DNA from: a bacterium
Lineage (GTDB): Bacteria; Patescibacteriota; Minisyncoccia; Phycocordibacterales; Phycocordibacteraceae
Reading direction: 5' to 3'
Length of the DNA stretch: 64,000 nt
Assembly: GCA_021849125.1 (NCBI GenBank)
Contig: JAJZTG010000002.1
Span: forward strand, 12,573 to 76,572
Part shown: one piece after another, positions 51,610 to 60,505 of the stretch
Numbering within the stretch: position 1 is the first letter of the stretch
Layout of the letters: every line of letters starts with the position of its first letter
Translations under genes and position numbers: made by a program
Notes under the pieces: generated by a model
What the model was told of the DNA's origin: nothing
The model's database searches: none
What the model saw: only the letters and a program-made list of their open reading frames with translations

Positions 51610-53410
51610 GGCGTATCTTCTCCTGCTTTATGGCGAGGAGCTGCGAAGGGTCTGAGGTGATGATCTGATCCTCGGTGTAAGAAGCGACGACTTTGATCGC
51701 GACATGTTTAAGACCTGCGAAGAAGAGTCCCTCCCCTACTCCGGCCTCAAGCAGAAGGTACTTCTCCTCGTCGGTGAGATTGAAGGTCTCTTGGAGGACG
51801 TCGATCGTCGTCGGGGACTGCTTAAGGAGAAGCTGGAGGGATGAGTTGGTGAGGATCGGGCGGCCATACGGGCTCTTCAAGAAGTCCTCGACGTCCTGAG
51901 TGATGGTGCAGACGCCCAGGTAGTACTTACGGCCACGCTTGGCGAGGCTGTAGAGGAATGAGGCAGTGTCGTCGCTCTTCATCATCCACCATGCCTCATC
52001 GATGATAAGGAGGCGTTTCTTGAGATCATGACGCACTGCATTCCAGATGTAGTGCGTGATGATGTACATCGCGACCGGCTTCAGCTCGTCTTCCATGTCG
52101 CGTACGGAGAAGACGGCGAACTGCTGCTTGAGGTCGATGTTGGTCGGCTGGTTCATGAAGCCTGCCCAGGTGCCGCGCGTATATTTGGAAAGCCGTTCGA
52201 TGAGCGATTCGCTTCCCTCCATGCCCGAGAGCACTTGCTCGAAGTCGGAAAGCAGAGGCGGTTCGGCACCGGTGAAATCAGCCTCGCCAGTAATGTCTTT
52301 CAAGGCATAGGTCTCACTGATGGCACGGTCGATGATCGCGTCCTCTTCCGGAGACAGGCCGCCGAGCATGATACGGAAAAGGCCGACAAGCGAGATGATG
52401 TTCGACCGCAGGATGTCTTTCGGATCCTCGTCTTCCTTCACGGGCGGCAGGTCGAAGGGATTGATATGGTCCTGCGACGAAAGCGAAATGCTGAATGAGC
52501 GTCCGCCGGTTGCGGCAGCGAGCTTCTCGTACTCGCGTTCCGGGTCGATCACGATGACGTCCGTGCCGAACATCAAGGAGCGCAGGATCTCGAGCTTCGT
52601 CGCGTAGCTCTTGCCAGAACCGGATTTCGCGAAGACGACCGAGTTGTAGTTCTCGAGCGAGAAGCGATCGAAGAGGATGAGCGAGGAATTGTGGCGGTTG
52701 ATGCCGTAGAGGATGCCGCGATCAGAGGTAAGGTCGAAGGAGACAAACGGGAAGATCGAAGAAAGAGGAGAGGAATTAAGCTTGGAGTTCACCAAGAGCT
52801 CGTCCGTGCCGAGCGGCAGGCACGAACGGAACCCTTGTTCCTGCTGGAAGAGCGCCGGCTTCGTGTAGACGAGCTTCGCGTCGAGAATGCCGCGGATCTC
52901 CCCTTCCGTCTTGTCGATCTCCTCGCGCGTATCGCCGTACAGGGCGAGATAGAGACCTACGTCGAAAAGCTTCTCTTGGGCTTGCTGCAGGTTGTCACGC
53001 AGGCTTTCAAGATCTTGATAGGCGGTATCAAGCATCGGATCACGCACCAGGCCGCGCGATTCACGTTCAGAAATCTGACTTTGCACCTCGGCGACTTTCT
53101 TCTGGAAGCTCCGGAGCGCGGTTTCCGTCTCGATCGGGTGGATGAAGATGGAAACGTCGAGAACCTTATCGAGATCGATGATCGGCGAGAACCAGCTGTC
53201 CGATAGGAAACGCGGATACGAGATGGTATAGAACGTGCGTACGAACTTCTCGCCGAGTTCAAGCTCGCGCGAGCCGATCTTAAGCGCTGTCGGCGCGATC
53301 GTATCGACGAGATCGAGCGTACTCTGCTTGTAGATATCGCGCGGCAAGACCGGCACGATCTCCGGCGCCTCTTCTTTCTGTTTACGATTGAGAAAATCAA
53401 GTAGTGCCAT
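51590..53410 (-). CDS. VirB4-like (TraC/ConE family) ATPase
   Basis: AKSGSGKS Walker A, VIDPEREY, INPFD, IIDEAW Walker B, KRGRKY, ITQDVEDF. Confidence 0.9.
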   Translation of the reverse strand: MALLDFLNRKQKEEAPEIVPVLPRDIYKQSTLDLVDTIAPTALKIGSRELELGEKFVRTFYTISYPRFLSDSWFSPIIDLDKVLDVSIFIHPIETETALRSFQKKVAEVQSQISERESRGLVRDPMLDTAYQDLESLRDNLQQAQEKLFDVGLYLALYGDTREEIDKTEGEIRGILDAKLVYTKPALFQQEQGFRSCLPLGTDELLVNSKLNSSPLSSIFPFVSFDLTSDRGILYGINRHNSSLILFDRFSLENYNSVVFAKSGSGKSYATKLEILRSLMFGTDVIVIDPEREYEKLAAATGGRSFSISLSSQDHINPFDLPPVKEDEDPKDILRSNIISLVGLFRIMLGGLSPEEDAIIDRAISETYALKDITGEADFTGAEPPLLSDFEQVLSGMEGSESLIERLSKYTRGTWAGFMNQPTNIDLKQQFAVFSVRDMEDELKPVAMYIITHYIWNAVRHDLKKRLLIIDEAWWMMKSDDTASFLYSLAKRGRKYYLGVCTITQDVEDFLKSPYGRPILTNSSLQLLLKQSPTTIDVLQETFNLTDEEKYLLLEAGVGEGLFFAGLKHVAIKVVASYTEDQIITSDPSQLLAIKQEKIRHAANPA

Positions 53411-53413
53411 AGG

Positions 53414-54043
53414 TTAGGTATCGAGACGGATCGGATTTTCAAGCTCGCCCGGATTGAAGGAACGATACAGAAGCTCGATAACCTCTTCGGTGCCGAGCGG
53501 TACCGCGCGCACGCCGGTTCCCGAGAGCGCCGCGCTTACGAGCGACATGCGTTGTTCGAGCTGCGCGCGGTCCTCTTCGAAGCTGGTCGCGCTTGTCGCT
53601 GCGCTCGCCTCTTTTTTCTGCAAGAAGCCGACCGCGCTCGCCGCCGTGAGTTTCGGCGCATACGGCACGACGATATAGAACGACTTGGTCATGATGTTGG
53701 TCTGATCGGCGAATGAGCGGACGAACTCGATATACTCGCGGAGCTGGATGCGCATGAGCTCGGTCTTCTGTTCAGCCATGCGTTCTCCCATATACGAAAG
53801 ATAGGGACGCAGGTCCATCCGGCGCGAATTGACGATGATCTGGATCGAGAAGTCGAGCGTATTGAGGAAATTCTGAAAACCGAGGATGATCGCGTTCTGT
53901 TCGTCCGCTGACTTCAGGCCGAAGTTGACGGCAGAACAGATAAGGACGCCGCGGTATCCGCCGTCTTTGAGGATGACGATACCGTTCCGGATCTCTTTGA
54001 CCGGGACGAATTGCTGCGTTTTCCCTGCTTGTGCGGTATCCAT
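53414..54043 (-). CDS. VirB4-associated protein (TraC N-terminal-like)
   Basis: NF.LKS.DEQ.AII..FQNFLN.LDF..QI; between PrgI and VirB4. Confidence 0.7.
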   Translation of the reverse strand: MDTAQAGKTQQFVPVKEIRNGIVILKDGGYRGVLICSAVNFGLKSADEQNAIILGFQNFLNTLDFSIQIIVNSRRMDLRPYLSYMGERMAEQKTELMRIQLREYIEFVRSFADQTNIMTKSFYIVVPYAPKLTAASAVGFLQKKEASAATSATSFEEDRAQLEQRMSLVSAALSGTGVRAVPLGTEEVIELLYRSFNPGELENPIRLDT

Positions 54044-54048
54044 AGGTG

Positions 54049-54474
54049 TTAGGTCGATCGCGAAACGGGCTCCGAAGGCTTCACGTCAAGCGACCAGGCG
54101 AGCTCGGAAAGTTTTCCGCGCGTGAGCCGTGGCGTGCCGCGTGAGACAGGGGCTACGGGCGCTTCAGCCTTAGCGACAGTCCCCTCCGTAGGCTGTTCCC
54201 CATATTTCCAAAGCAGAAGCTTACGTTTCGTATAGTAATTGAACCCTGCTTCGAGGATCTCGATGAACGGCTTGCCGTTTACTTTATAGAACGCGAGCGC
54301 TGCGCCGAACGCCGCTATCGGTGCAGAAAACAGGAGCGCGAAGAAAAACGGCAGATACGAGAAGAAGATGACACAGAGGCCAGCGGTCCCTGCTATATAG
54401 ATGAACTGCCTTAAGGTAAATGGCCCGATGATCTTATCTTCGACCTCGATGAATTGGGGTACCTGATATTCCAT
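54049..54474 (-). CDS. PrgI family (VirB3-like) membrane protein
   Basis: YQVPQFIEVEDKIIGPFTLRQF, two TMs, NGKPF. Confidence 0.85.
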   Translation of the reverse strand: MEYQVPQFIEVEDKIIGPFTLRQFIYIAGTAGLCVIFFSYLPFFFALLFSAPIAAFGAALAFYKVNGKPFIEILEAGFNYYTKRKLLLWKYGEQPTEGTVAKAEAPVAPVSRGTPRLTRGKLSELAWSLDVKPSEPVSRST

Positions 54475-55839
54475 CTACTGTAGTATACCAGTGAAAGGCT
54501 GCTCTTGGGGCGCTACTGTGCAAGCATCGCACGCGATCACGGCACCTTTCGGAGCCGAACCGCGCGCATACGTGACTGGCGGTACATTTTTTACACGCCA
54601 TGCTTCACGAGCTGCATCCGTGATACGCCACGATTCGATCACTTCCCCGCTCGAAGCGAAGAGCGTGTGATCACCGCGCAAAGCATCGAGGAAAACGCGT
54701 TCATACGCGTCAGGAAGCATCTCGAAATGCTCTGCGTATGAGAATGAAAGCGGGACACGCTCGATGATGTGGTCATATCCCGGCCGCTTCGCGAAAAAAC
54801 ACAGCTCGACACCCTCGTCGGGCTGGAGACGTAAGGTCAGCCTGTTCGCTTTCTGGGTATCTGCGTGACGATAGGTCACGATGATTTCAGTCTTCTTTTC
54901 AGCAAGCGCCTTCCCGGTCGTGAGCGTGATGGGCACATCTTTCCATCGCGGGTCTGAGGAGCGGAGCCGTACTGATGCAAAGGTCTCGACGTTCGAGTCG
55001 GGGTTCCCGACCTCGTCTTTGTACCCTTCATATTGGCCGAGGATGACCCCGTCCGGGTCGACAGCGAGCGTCTTCAGGAGCGCATGCCGTGCTTCGGGGA
55101 TAGCGTGCAGGTCATCTTCCTTCGGAAGCTTCATGAGCGTGAGCGCTGCGAGTTGCAAGAGGTGGCTCTGGATCAGGTCACGTAACGCACCGGTCTGTTC
55201 ATAGAAAGCCGCGCGGTCTTCGATACCGATCGACTCGCTCGCGACGATATCGATACGTTCGATATTCTCGCCGTTCCAGGTGTGTTCGAAAAGCGGATTA
55301 TCGCTTCTGAACACGACGATGTTCTGGACGGTCTCTTTCGCGAGATAGTGGTCGATGCGGTACACCTGTTCGGGTGAGAACGAGCTCTCGACATGAGCGA
55401 CGAGTTCCTCGGCGCTTGCGGAGTCGACCCCGAACGGCTTCTCCAGCAAGAGCTTGGTCGTACGAGCTTTCGACAAGCCGGAGGACCCGAGATGTTCGAT
55501 GATTGGCCAGGCGGTTTTCGGCGGTACGGCGAGATACCAGAGGCGTTGAGCTCCTCCCCCGAGTGCCGCATCAACCTCTTCGAGATGTGCACCGAGCCGC
55601 ATATAGTCGGATGTTTCTTCGAGCGACATAGGGAAAAGTTCAGTGCGCATTTCAAGATACTCGGCATGCTCTGCCTTCTCGAAAAGATCGTGCAGGACGA
55701 CATCGTTCTTGCGGGTGATGCCGATGATTTCGAATTTTTCCGGTAGTACGCCAGCTGCGGCCATTTCGGCTATGGCAGGCAGCAGTTTCCGTCGCGAAAG
55801 ATCGCCAGTGATACCGACAATGATGAGGATGGTCGGCAT
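54475..55839 (-). CDS. zwf: Glucose-6-phosphate 1-dehydrogenase
   Basis: GITGDLSRRKLLP, EKPFG, YRIDHYLAKE, GALRDLIQSH, ETFA, DAYE. Confidence 0.93.
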   Translation of the reverse strand: MPTILIIVGITGDLSRRKLLPAIAEMAAAGVLPEKFEIIGITRKNDVVLHDLFEKAEHAEYLEMRTELFPMSLEETSDYMRLGAHLEEVDAALGGGAQRLWYLAVPPKTAWPIIEHLGSSGLSKARTTKLLLEKPFGVDSASAEELVAHVESSFSPEQVYRIDHYLAKETVQNIVVFRSDNPLFEHTWNGENIERIDIVASESIGIEDRAAFYEQTGALRDLIQSHLLQLAALTLMKLPKEDDLHAIPEARHALLKTLAVDPDGVILGQYEGYKDEVGNPDSNVETFASVRLRSSDPRWKDVPITLTTGKALAEKKTEIIVTYRHADTQKANRLTLRLQPDEGVELCFFAKRPGYDHIIERVPLSFSYAEHFEMLPDAYERVFLDALRGDHTLFASSGEVIESWRITDAAREAWRVKNVPPVTYARGSAPKGAVIACDACTVAPQEQPFTGILQ

Positions 55840-55845
55840 AATGGA

Positions 55846-56478
55846 TCAGGCGGGAGTGCCGGTCAAAAGACTAAAGAGCCAAACGACCAGCTTGAAGAAA
55901 GGTCCCGCAAGAAGAAGCGAAAAGAAGAACAGGAAGAAGATAAGGGCTAGCAGCCCGGTGCTACGGATGCGCTGTTCGAATGCACCCAACCGCGCAGCGA
56001 AAGACCAAGGGAGTGCTGCCCGAAGCGCCGTGTAGCCATCAAGAGGCGGGAACGGTATCAGGTTGAAGAGCCCAAGGAAGAGGTTTACGAACGTGATGGT
56101 CGCGGCGACCGAGAGCGCTTGGGGCGAGAAAAAAGCAGCACCGAAGTGCACGATGAGACCGAATACGACCGCAAGGAAGAGATTGCTGGCTGATCCGGCA
56201 AGCGCGACGAAGGCTTCGCCCCAACGGCGGTTCTTAAGATTGTAGGGGTTATACGGAACCGGCTTTGCCCAGCCGAAGAGGACCGATGAGCCGGAAAAGA
56301 TGAGAAGCGCCGGTATGAGGATAGAACCCATGAGGTCGATATGCGGGAGCGGGTTCAAGGTGAGGCGTCCTGAGAGCCGTGCGGTCGGATCGCCAAGGGC
56401 GTCAGCGGCATAGCCGTGGGACACCTCGTGCACTACGACGGAGAGGATGAGGACAATAAGGGATAGGGTTATGGCCAT
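55846..56478 (-). CDS. Site-2 protease (M50) family
   Basis: HEVSH, GDPTA..GRLTLNP, FNLIPFPPLDG. Confidence 0.93.
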   Translation of the reverse strand: MAITLSLIVLILSVVVHEVSHGYAADALGDPTARLSGRLTLNPLPHIDLMGSILIPALLIFSGSSVLFGWAKPVPYNPYNLKNRRWGEAFVALAGSASNLFLAVVFGLIVHFGAAFFSPQALSVAATITFVNLFLGLFNLIPFPPLDGYTALRAALPWSFAARLGAFEQRIRSTGLLALIFFLFFFSLLLAGPFFKLVVWLFSLLTGTPA

Positions 56479-56517
56479 AGTTGCTCGTTTTATGTTCTAT
56501 GCTACCATGCGAGAACT

Positions 56518-56760
56518 ATGGCACGAACGTGTGAAATCACTGGCAAGAGCACGCAGGTAGGCGGTCGCTACAGCAACCGCGTCCGCGCGACTCAGTTCAA
56601 CCCGACGGGCAAGGTGCGCCGCAAGGCGAACCTGCAGAAGCGCCGTATCTTCGTACCGGAGCTCGGCAAGACCATCATCGCGCTCGTCTCGATGAAGGGC
56701 CTGAAGACGATCAAGAAGCACGGCGCGTTCGCCGCGCTCAAGAAAGCGGGCTCTATTTAA
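56518..56760 (+). CDS. rpmB: 50S ribosomal protein L28
   Basis: MARTCEITGK, ANLQKRRIFVPE, KGLKTI. Confidence 0.95.
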   Translation: MARTCEITGKSTQVGGRYSNRVRATQFNPTGKVRRKANLQKRRIFVPELGKTIIALVSMKGLKTIKKHGAFAALKKAGSI

Positions 56761-56763
56761 TCC

Positions 56764-56812
56764 AGAAAAAGACAAGGGCCGGCATCTTTAGTGCCGGCCC
56801 TTGTCTTTTTCT
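56764..56812. terminator. Bidirectional terminator after rpmB
   Basis: AGAAAAAGACAAGGGCCGGCA...TGCCGGCCCTTGTCTTTTTCT. Confidence 0.85.
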
Positions 56813-56878
56813 ATCGCTATGGTAATACTGCGTACTAGTCTATAGATAGTTCCATTGTCCGCAAAGGAGGCGGAGGGT

Positions 56879-57343
56879 ATGGAAGAGAAAAGTAAGAAAA
56901 AAGGATGTAACGCTGCGGCTATCGTTCTAGCTTTCTGTCCAGATGGATCATTGATTTTAGTGCTTGATCCGACAAAACAGGATCTGCATGAAGGGCGGCA
57001 ACTGCGTTGGAAGTTTTCAGGAGGGCATGTCGAAGAGTGGGATTATCCTCCTGGCAATCGTACTGATCATGCGCGGGCAGCATATAGCGCTGGTGTCCGC
57101 GAGCTCTTGGAGGAAACGGGAGCCAAGGTGGTGCTTATGAAAGCATTCAGGCGTTTCGTTTCGCAGGATGGCCACGTAAAGACGTTTTTTGTCGCATGTG
57201 TAGACGACTCAAACCTCAAAGCACGTGGTAATGACGGCGAATACGTAAAGAAATTCGATCCATCCCGCGCTTTACGGACGCGTCGTTTCCTCAAGGAACA
57301 TAAAAATATTCTCAGAGAAGCTATCGAGTACATTCGTTCGTAG
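56879..57343 (+). CDS. NUDIX hydrolase with interrupted Nudix box
   Basis: GGHVE...[insert]...A.RELLEETG; AGGAGG/GGAGG SD; lower GC than neighbours. Confidence 0.75.
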   Translation: MEEKSKKKGCNAAAIVLAFCPDGSLILVLDPTKQDLHEGRQLRWKFSGGHVEEWDYPPGNRTDHARAAYSAGVRELLEETGAKVVLMKAFRRFVSQDGHVKTFFVACVDDSNLKARGNDGEYVKKFDPSRALRTRRFLKEHKNILREAIEYIRS

Positions 57344-57363
57344 GCCTGACCAACGTGTCAGGC

Positions 57364-57852
57364 CTACTCTGTTTTATCAGGAAGAGTAAAGTGTCCTGGA
57401 TTCGTCGACGATGAAATAGCGAAGGTGCTGATGGTAAGGCGATCCGGACCGGACACTATCATGCTTGCTCCCTTGAGCGTGATCCGTGTGCCATATGGGA
57501 ATGCATCGGTACCAGCGTGGAGCGTCTCTCCTATCTTGTAACGATCATGAACATTCGGCGCGCCCCCCGCCTGTGCCGGCGCATCGCTCGTAAGTATGAG
57601 CGTGTCGATGTGATGTTGCCAAGGCGGAAGCGTCCGACCAAGGCTCCGCAGGATGCTCGCATCAGGGCCGGTGTCGATGAGGATGGTCTTGCCTTCAGAA
57701 GTACGGATTAGGGCCGCAGTCCCCTTCCCTGCCGCAAAGACATCGATACGCAGTCGCGTTGAAGTCATGATCGAACCGTAGAGAACGACATTTGCCGCAA
57801 TCAGAACGACCATCGCAAGCAGATACACGTACGTCGGCAGAGTCCGGAGCAT
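57364..57852 (-). CDS. Degenerate ComEC-type metallo-beta-lactamase-fold protein
   Basis: GKGTAALI, ILIDTGPD, IDTLILT; the HxHxDH-type motif is replaced by SDAPAQAGG. Confidence 0.65.
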   Translation of the reverse strand: MLRTLPTYVYLLAMVVLIAANVVLYGSIMTSTRLRIDVFAAGKGTAALIRTSEGKTILIDTGPDASILRSLGRTLPPWQHHIDTLILTSDAPAQAGGAPNVHDRYKIGETLHAGTDAFPYGTRITLKGASMIVSGPDRLTISTFAISSSTNPGHFTLPDKTE

Positions 57853-57870
57853 ATGCTACATTTTATATCT

Positions 57871-58476
57871 ATGACGTACTCACCAAAGACATTTAATCTC
57901 CCTACCCTTTCGGGTATCTCGGAGAAACAGGTCAGCGTGCATCTCGGCCTCTATGAAGGCTATGTGAAGCACACGAACCTCATCATGGAGAAGATCAAAG
58001 CGCTCAAGGATGCAGACGCCGAAGGGAATGCCTATCTTATCGCCGAGTTGCGCCGCCGTTTCGGTTTCGAGTTCGATGGCATGCGCATGCACGAGCACTA
58101 CTTCGAACAGCTTGAACACGGCGCGAAGGAATTGAACACAGAAAGCAAGCTAGCCATGGCCGCGGCCGAAAAATACGGTGAACAAGGTCTCGTGGCGCAT
58201 GTAAAAGAAGTGGCTAGTAGTCGCGGCATCGGTTGGGGCGTGGTATACGTTGACCCGATGATCGGGTCGCTCCACACCGTGTTCGTAAACGATCACGAGC
58301 TCGGTCAGCTTGCGGGTCTTCCGATCATCCTCGCGCTCGATCTCTGGGAGCATGCATTCATGGTCGACTATGTGCCGGCCACCAAGAAGGATTATGTCGA
58401 TGCGTTCTTTGCCAACCTCAACTGGGAGGTCGTCGAGAAGCGTTTCGAAGACGCGATGAAGATGAGCGCGACATAA
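57871..58476 (+). CDS. Fe/Mn superoxide dismutase family protein
   Basis: H..LYEGYV, HEHYF, GIGW, DLWEHAFMVDY, NLNW. Confidence 0.88.
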   Translation: MTYSPKTFNLPTLSGISEKQVSVHLGLYEGYVKHTNLIMEKIKALKDADAEGNAYLIAELRRRFGFEFDGMRMHEHYFEQLEHGAKELNTESKLAMAAAEKYGEQGLVAHVKEVASSRGIGWGVVYVDPMIGSLHTVFVNDHELGQLAGLPIILALDLWEHAFMVDYVPATKKDYVDAFFANLNWEVVEKRFEDAMKMSAT

Positions 58477-59927
58477 AGCAGCACGACGAGCCATATCGGG
58501 AATAGAGGTATGAGGAAAGCCGCGGCCGGAAGCGCCGCGGCTTTTTCTGCCACCTCTATGATGAATGTGTTTAAGAGATACGCTGGGAACGCGAGTATCG
58601 TGACGAAAAGAGGAGCGATAGACGAGAGAATCAGGCCAGCGAATCCCGCGATAGCGGAGAAGGCCATCGTGAGCGGCACGATCGGCGTGACGATAAGGTT
58701 CGCTGGTACCGCGACGAGCGAAAGGTTGCCGGTCTCGTAAAGAAGAAGCGGCAATACGCTTACCTGCGCAGCGAGCGTAGTCGCAAGCACGCCCCTCAGG
58801 AAGATGCTTTTGATGCGTATAAGCCTCGTTTCGATGAGCGGTGCGAGCCATATGAGACCGGCGGTCGCGGCGACCGAAAGGTCGAAACCAGGATCGAATG
58901 CGAGATAGAGCGGATTGAAAAGAAGCATCAGGAAGACGACGATGAGGAGTGCACGCGAGGCAGCATAGGTACGCCCGGTCGCTCGCGCATAGAGCGCGAT
59001 GAAAGCCATGAGCATTGCGCGGATGGCGGTCGCAGAAGCGCCTGCGATCCCGACAAAGATAAGTACCGCAAGCGCTCCCGCAGCCGTGCTCCATCTGCGA
59101 GAAAGCTTCGTCCGCGAGAACATGAGCAGGACCCACTCCGCGATGACCATGACGTTGTAACCGGAGAGGACGATGATCTGGATGAGACCGCTTCGTGCAA
59201 ATGCGTCCTGGAGCTCGTTACCGAGCCCGGCCTTCCCGCCGATCAGGATACCGCCCGCAAGCGAGCTGTATGGTTCGGGGAGAGCCGATTCGAGTCCGCC
59301 GAGAAACGCATGCTTCGCGCGCGCGAGCATCGCGGGAACCGAATACCAGGGTGCTGGTGCGACCGTATGGATGGAGCCAAAGCTCAAGGTGAAACGCACG
59401 CCGACGCGTTCGAGGTAGCGGTCATAGCGGAAGGGTCGACCGTTGTCCCCCATGAAAGGTTTTGGCACTTCGAGCGTGCCGGTCACATGCACGCGGTCGC
59501 CGACAGAAACGCGCGACGAGCGCGGAGCGACGACCAGCAAGATGGTCGATGTCTTTCCTTCCGAGACGCGCACTTCGACGCGCTGCTTAGCATCGCGCAG
59601 GTCTGGGTCAGCGACCACGATCCCGTCATACGCGACACGTTCCGAGAGGTGTGCCGCAAATGACGTAGGAAGCGGCGTGTCAGCAAGCGACATGCGCAGC
59701 ATGCCGAGTGCTGCGAAAAGGAAGAACACTGCGCCAAGCCCCGTTAGAAAGTTCGAAGACGTACGTTCTAACGGGGTGGGCGAATACGCAGACAAGATCC
59801 TCGGGACAAAAAATAGAAGCGCAGCGAGGAGAAGCGCAAAACAGATCGGTGCCCATCCGAAAGAAAAGATTGAACGCAGGAGGACGCCACCCGCAAACCC
59901 GCTAGTTATCGCGAGCAGGATACCCAT
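58392..59927 (-). CDS. comEC: ComEC/Rec2 competence channel (membrane and OB part, no MBL domain)
   Basis: GLI.IIVLSGYNV, A.AIRA.LM, DPGFDLS..AT, NL..P. Confidence 0.9.
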   Translation of the reverse strand: MGILLAITSGFAGGVLLRSIFSFGWAPICFALLLAALLFFVPRILSAYSPTPLERTSSNFLTGLGAVFFLFAALGMLRMSLADTPLPTSFAAHLSERVAYDGIVVADPDLRDAKQRVEVRVSEGKTSTILLVVAPRSSRVSVGDRVHVTGTLEVPKPFMGDNGRPFRYDRYLERVGVRFTLSFGSIHTVAPAPWYSVPAMLARAKHAFLGGLESALPEPYSSLAGGILIGGKAGLGNELQDAFARSGLIQIIVLSGYNVMVIAEWVLLMFSRTKLSRRWSTAAGALAVLIFVGIAGASATAIRAMLMAFIALYARATGRTYAASRALLIVVFLMLLFNPLYLAFDPGFDLSVAATAGLIWLAPLIETRLIRIKSIFLRGVLATTLAAQVSVLPLLLYETGNLSLVAVPANLIVTPIVPLTMAFSAIAGFAGLILSSIAPLFVTILAFPAYLLNTFIIEVAEKAAALPAAAFLIPLFPIWLVVLLYVALIFIASSKRFSTTSQLRLAKNAST

Positions 59928-59954
59928 GCTCGTATCGTAACAAGGCGAAAGCGG

Positions 59955-60374
59955 TTATTCGCCGCGGTCCATCGCTTGGTTTGCGAGGGCGTCAGCATCG
60001 GAGTTTTGCGCGCGCGGTACATGTGCGAAGGAGATAAGACCGAACGGTGCCGCGAGTTCTTTTACTCGCGCAGCTTGTGTCTGCATGTCCGGGTGCTTGA
60101 TCTTGTAGATACCGTTCATCTGCTTCACCACAAGCTCGCTGTCCATCTTTACCATGACGGCCGTATCGGCAAGCTTGCCTTGAGCTAGCTCGTGCACTTT
60201 CTGAAGCCCGAGAATGACCGCTTCGTATTCAGCATAATTGTTCGTACGAACTCCAAGATACTCGGATACTGCAGCGACGATATTGCCGAGTTCATCACGG
60301 ACGACTGCACCGGAACCTGCGGGGCCAGGATTACCGCGCGCGCCGCCGTCGGCATGGATGGTGTACGTAGTCAT
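59955..60374 (-). CDS. rnhA: Ribonuclease HI family protein
   Basis: ADGGARGNPGPAG, TNNYAEY, DSELVVKQ, N..ADALAN. Confidence 0.92.
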   Translation of the reverse strand: MTTYTIHADGGARGNPGPAGSGAVVRDELGNIVAAVSEYLGVRTNNYAEYEAVILGLQKVHELAQGKLADTAVMVKMDSELVVKQMNGIYKIKHPDMQTQAARVKELAAPFGLISFAHVPRAQNSDADALANQAMDRGE

Positions 60375-60394
60375 AGGGGCAGTATACCGTGCAC

Positions 60395-60498
60395 AGCAGT
60401 AAAAGCATTTTTGGGAGCGCTTTGCTCAAACCCTTCGCGCCTTACGGCACTCAAGGATGTCGCGGTGCTAACCTACTCCCAAAAATGCTTTTGCTGCT
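60395..60498. repeat. MITE/REP-like element with 23-bp terminal inverted repeats
   Basis: AGCAGTAAAAGCATTTTTGGGAG vs CTCCCAAAAATGCTTTTGCTGCT (one mismatch); small internal hairpin. Confidence 0.7.
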
Positions 60499-60505
60499 TC
60501 ACTTG

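Noticed and set aside
47752-54474. Integrative conjugative element
   Set aside because: No relaxase, coupling protein, integrase or boundaries in the window; promoter style matches core genes.
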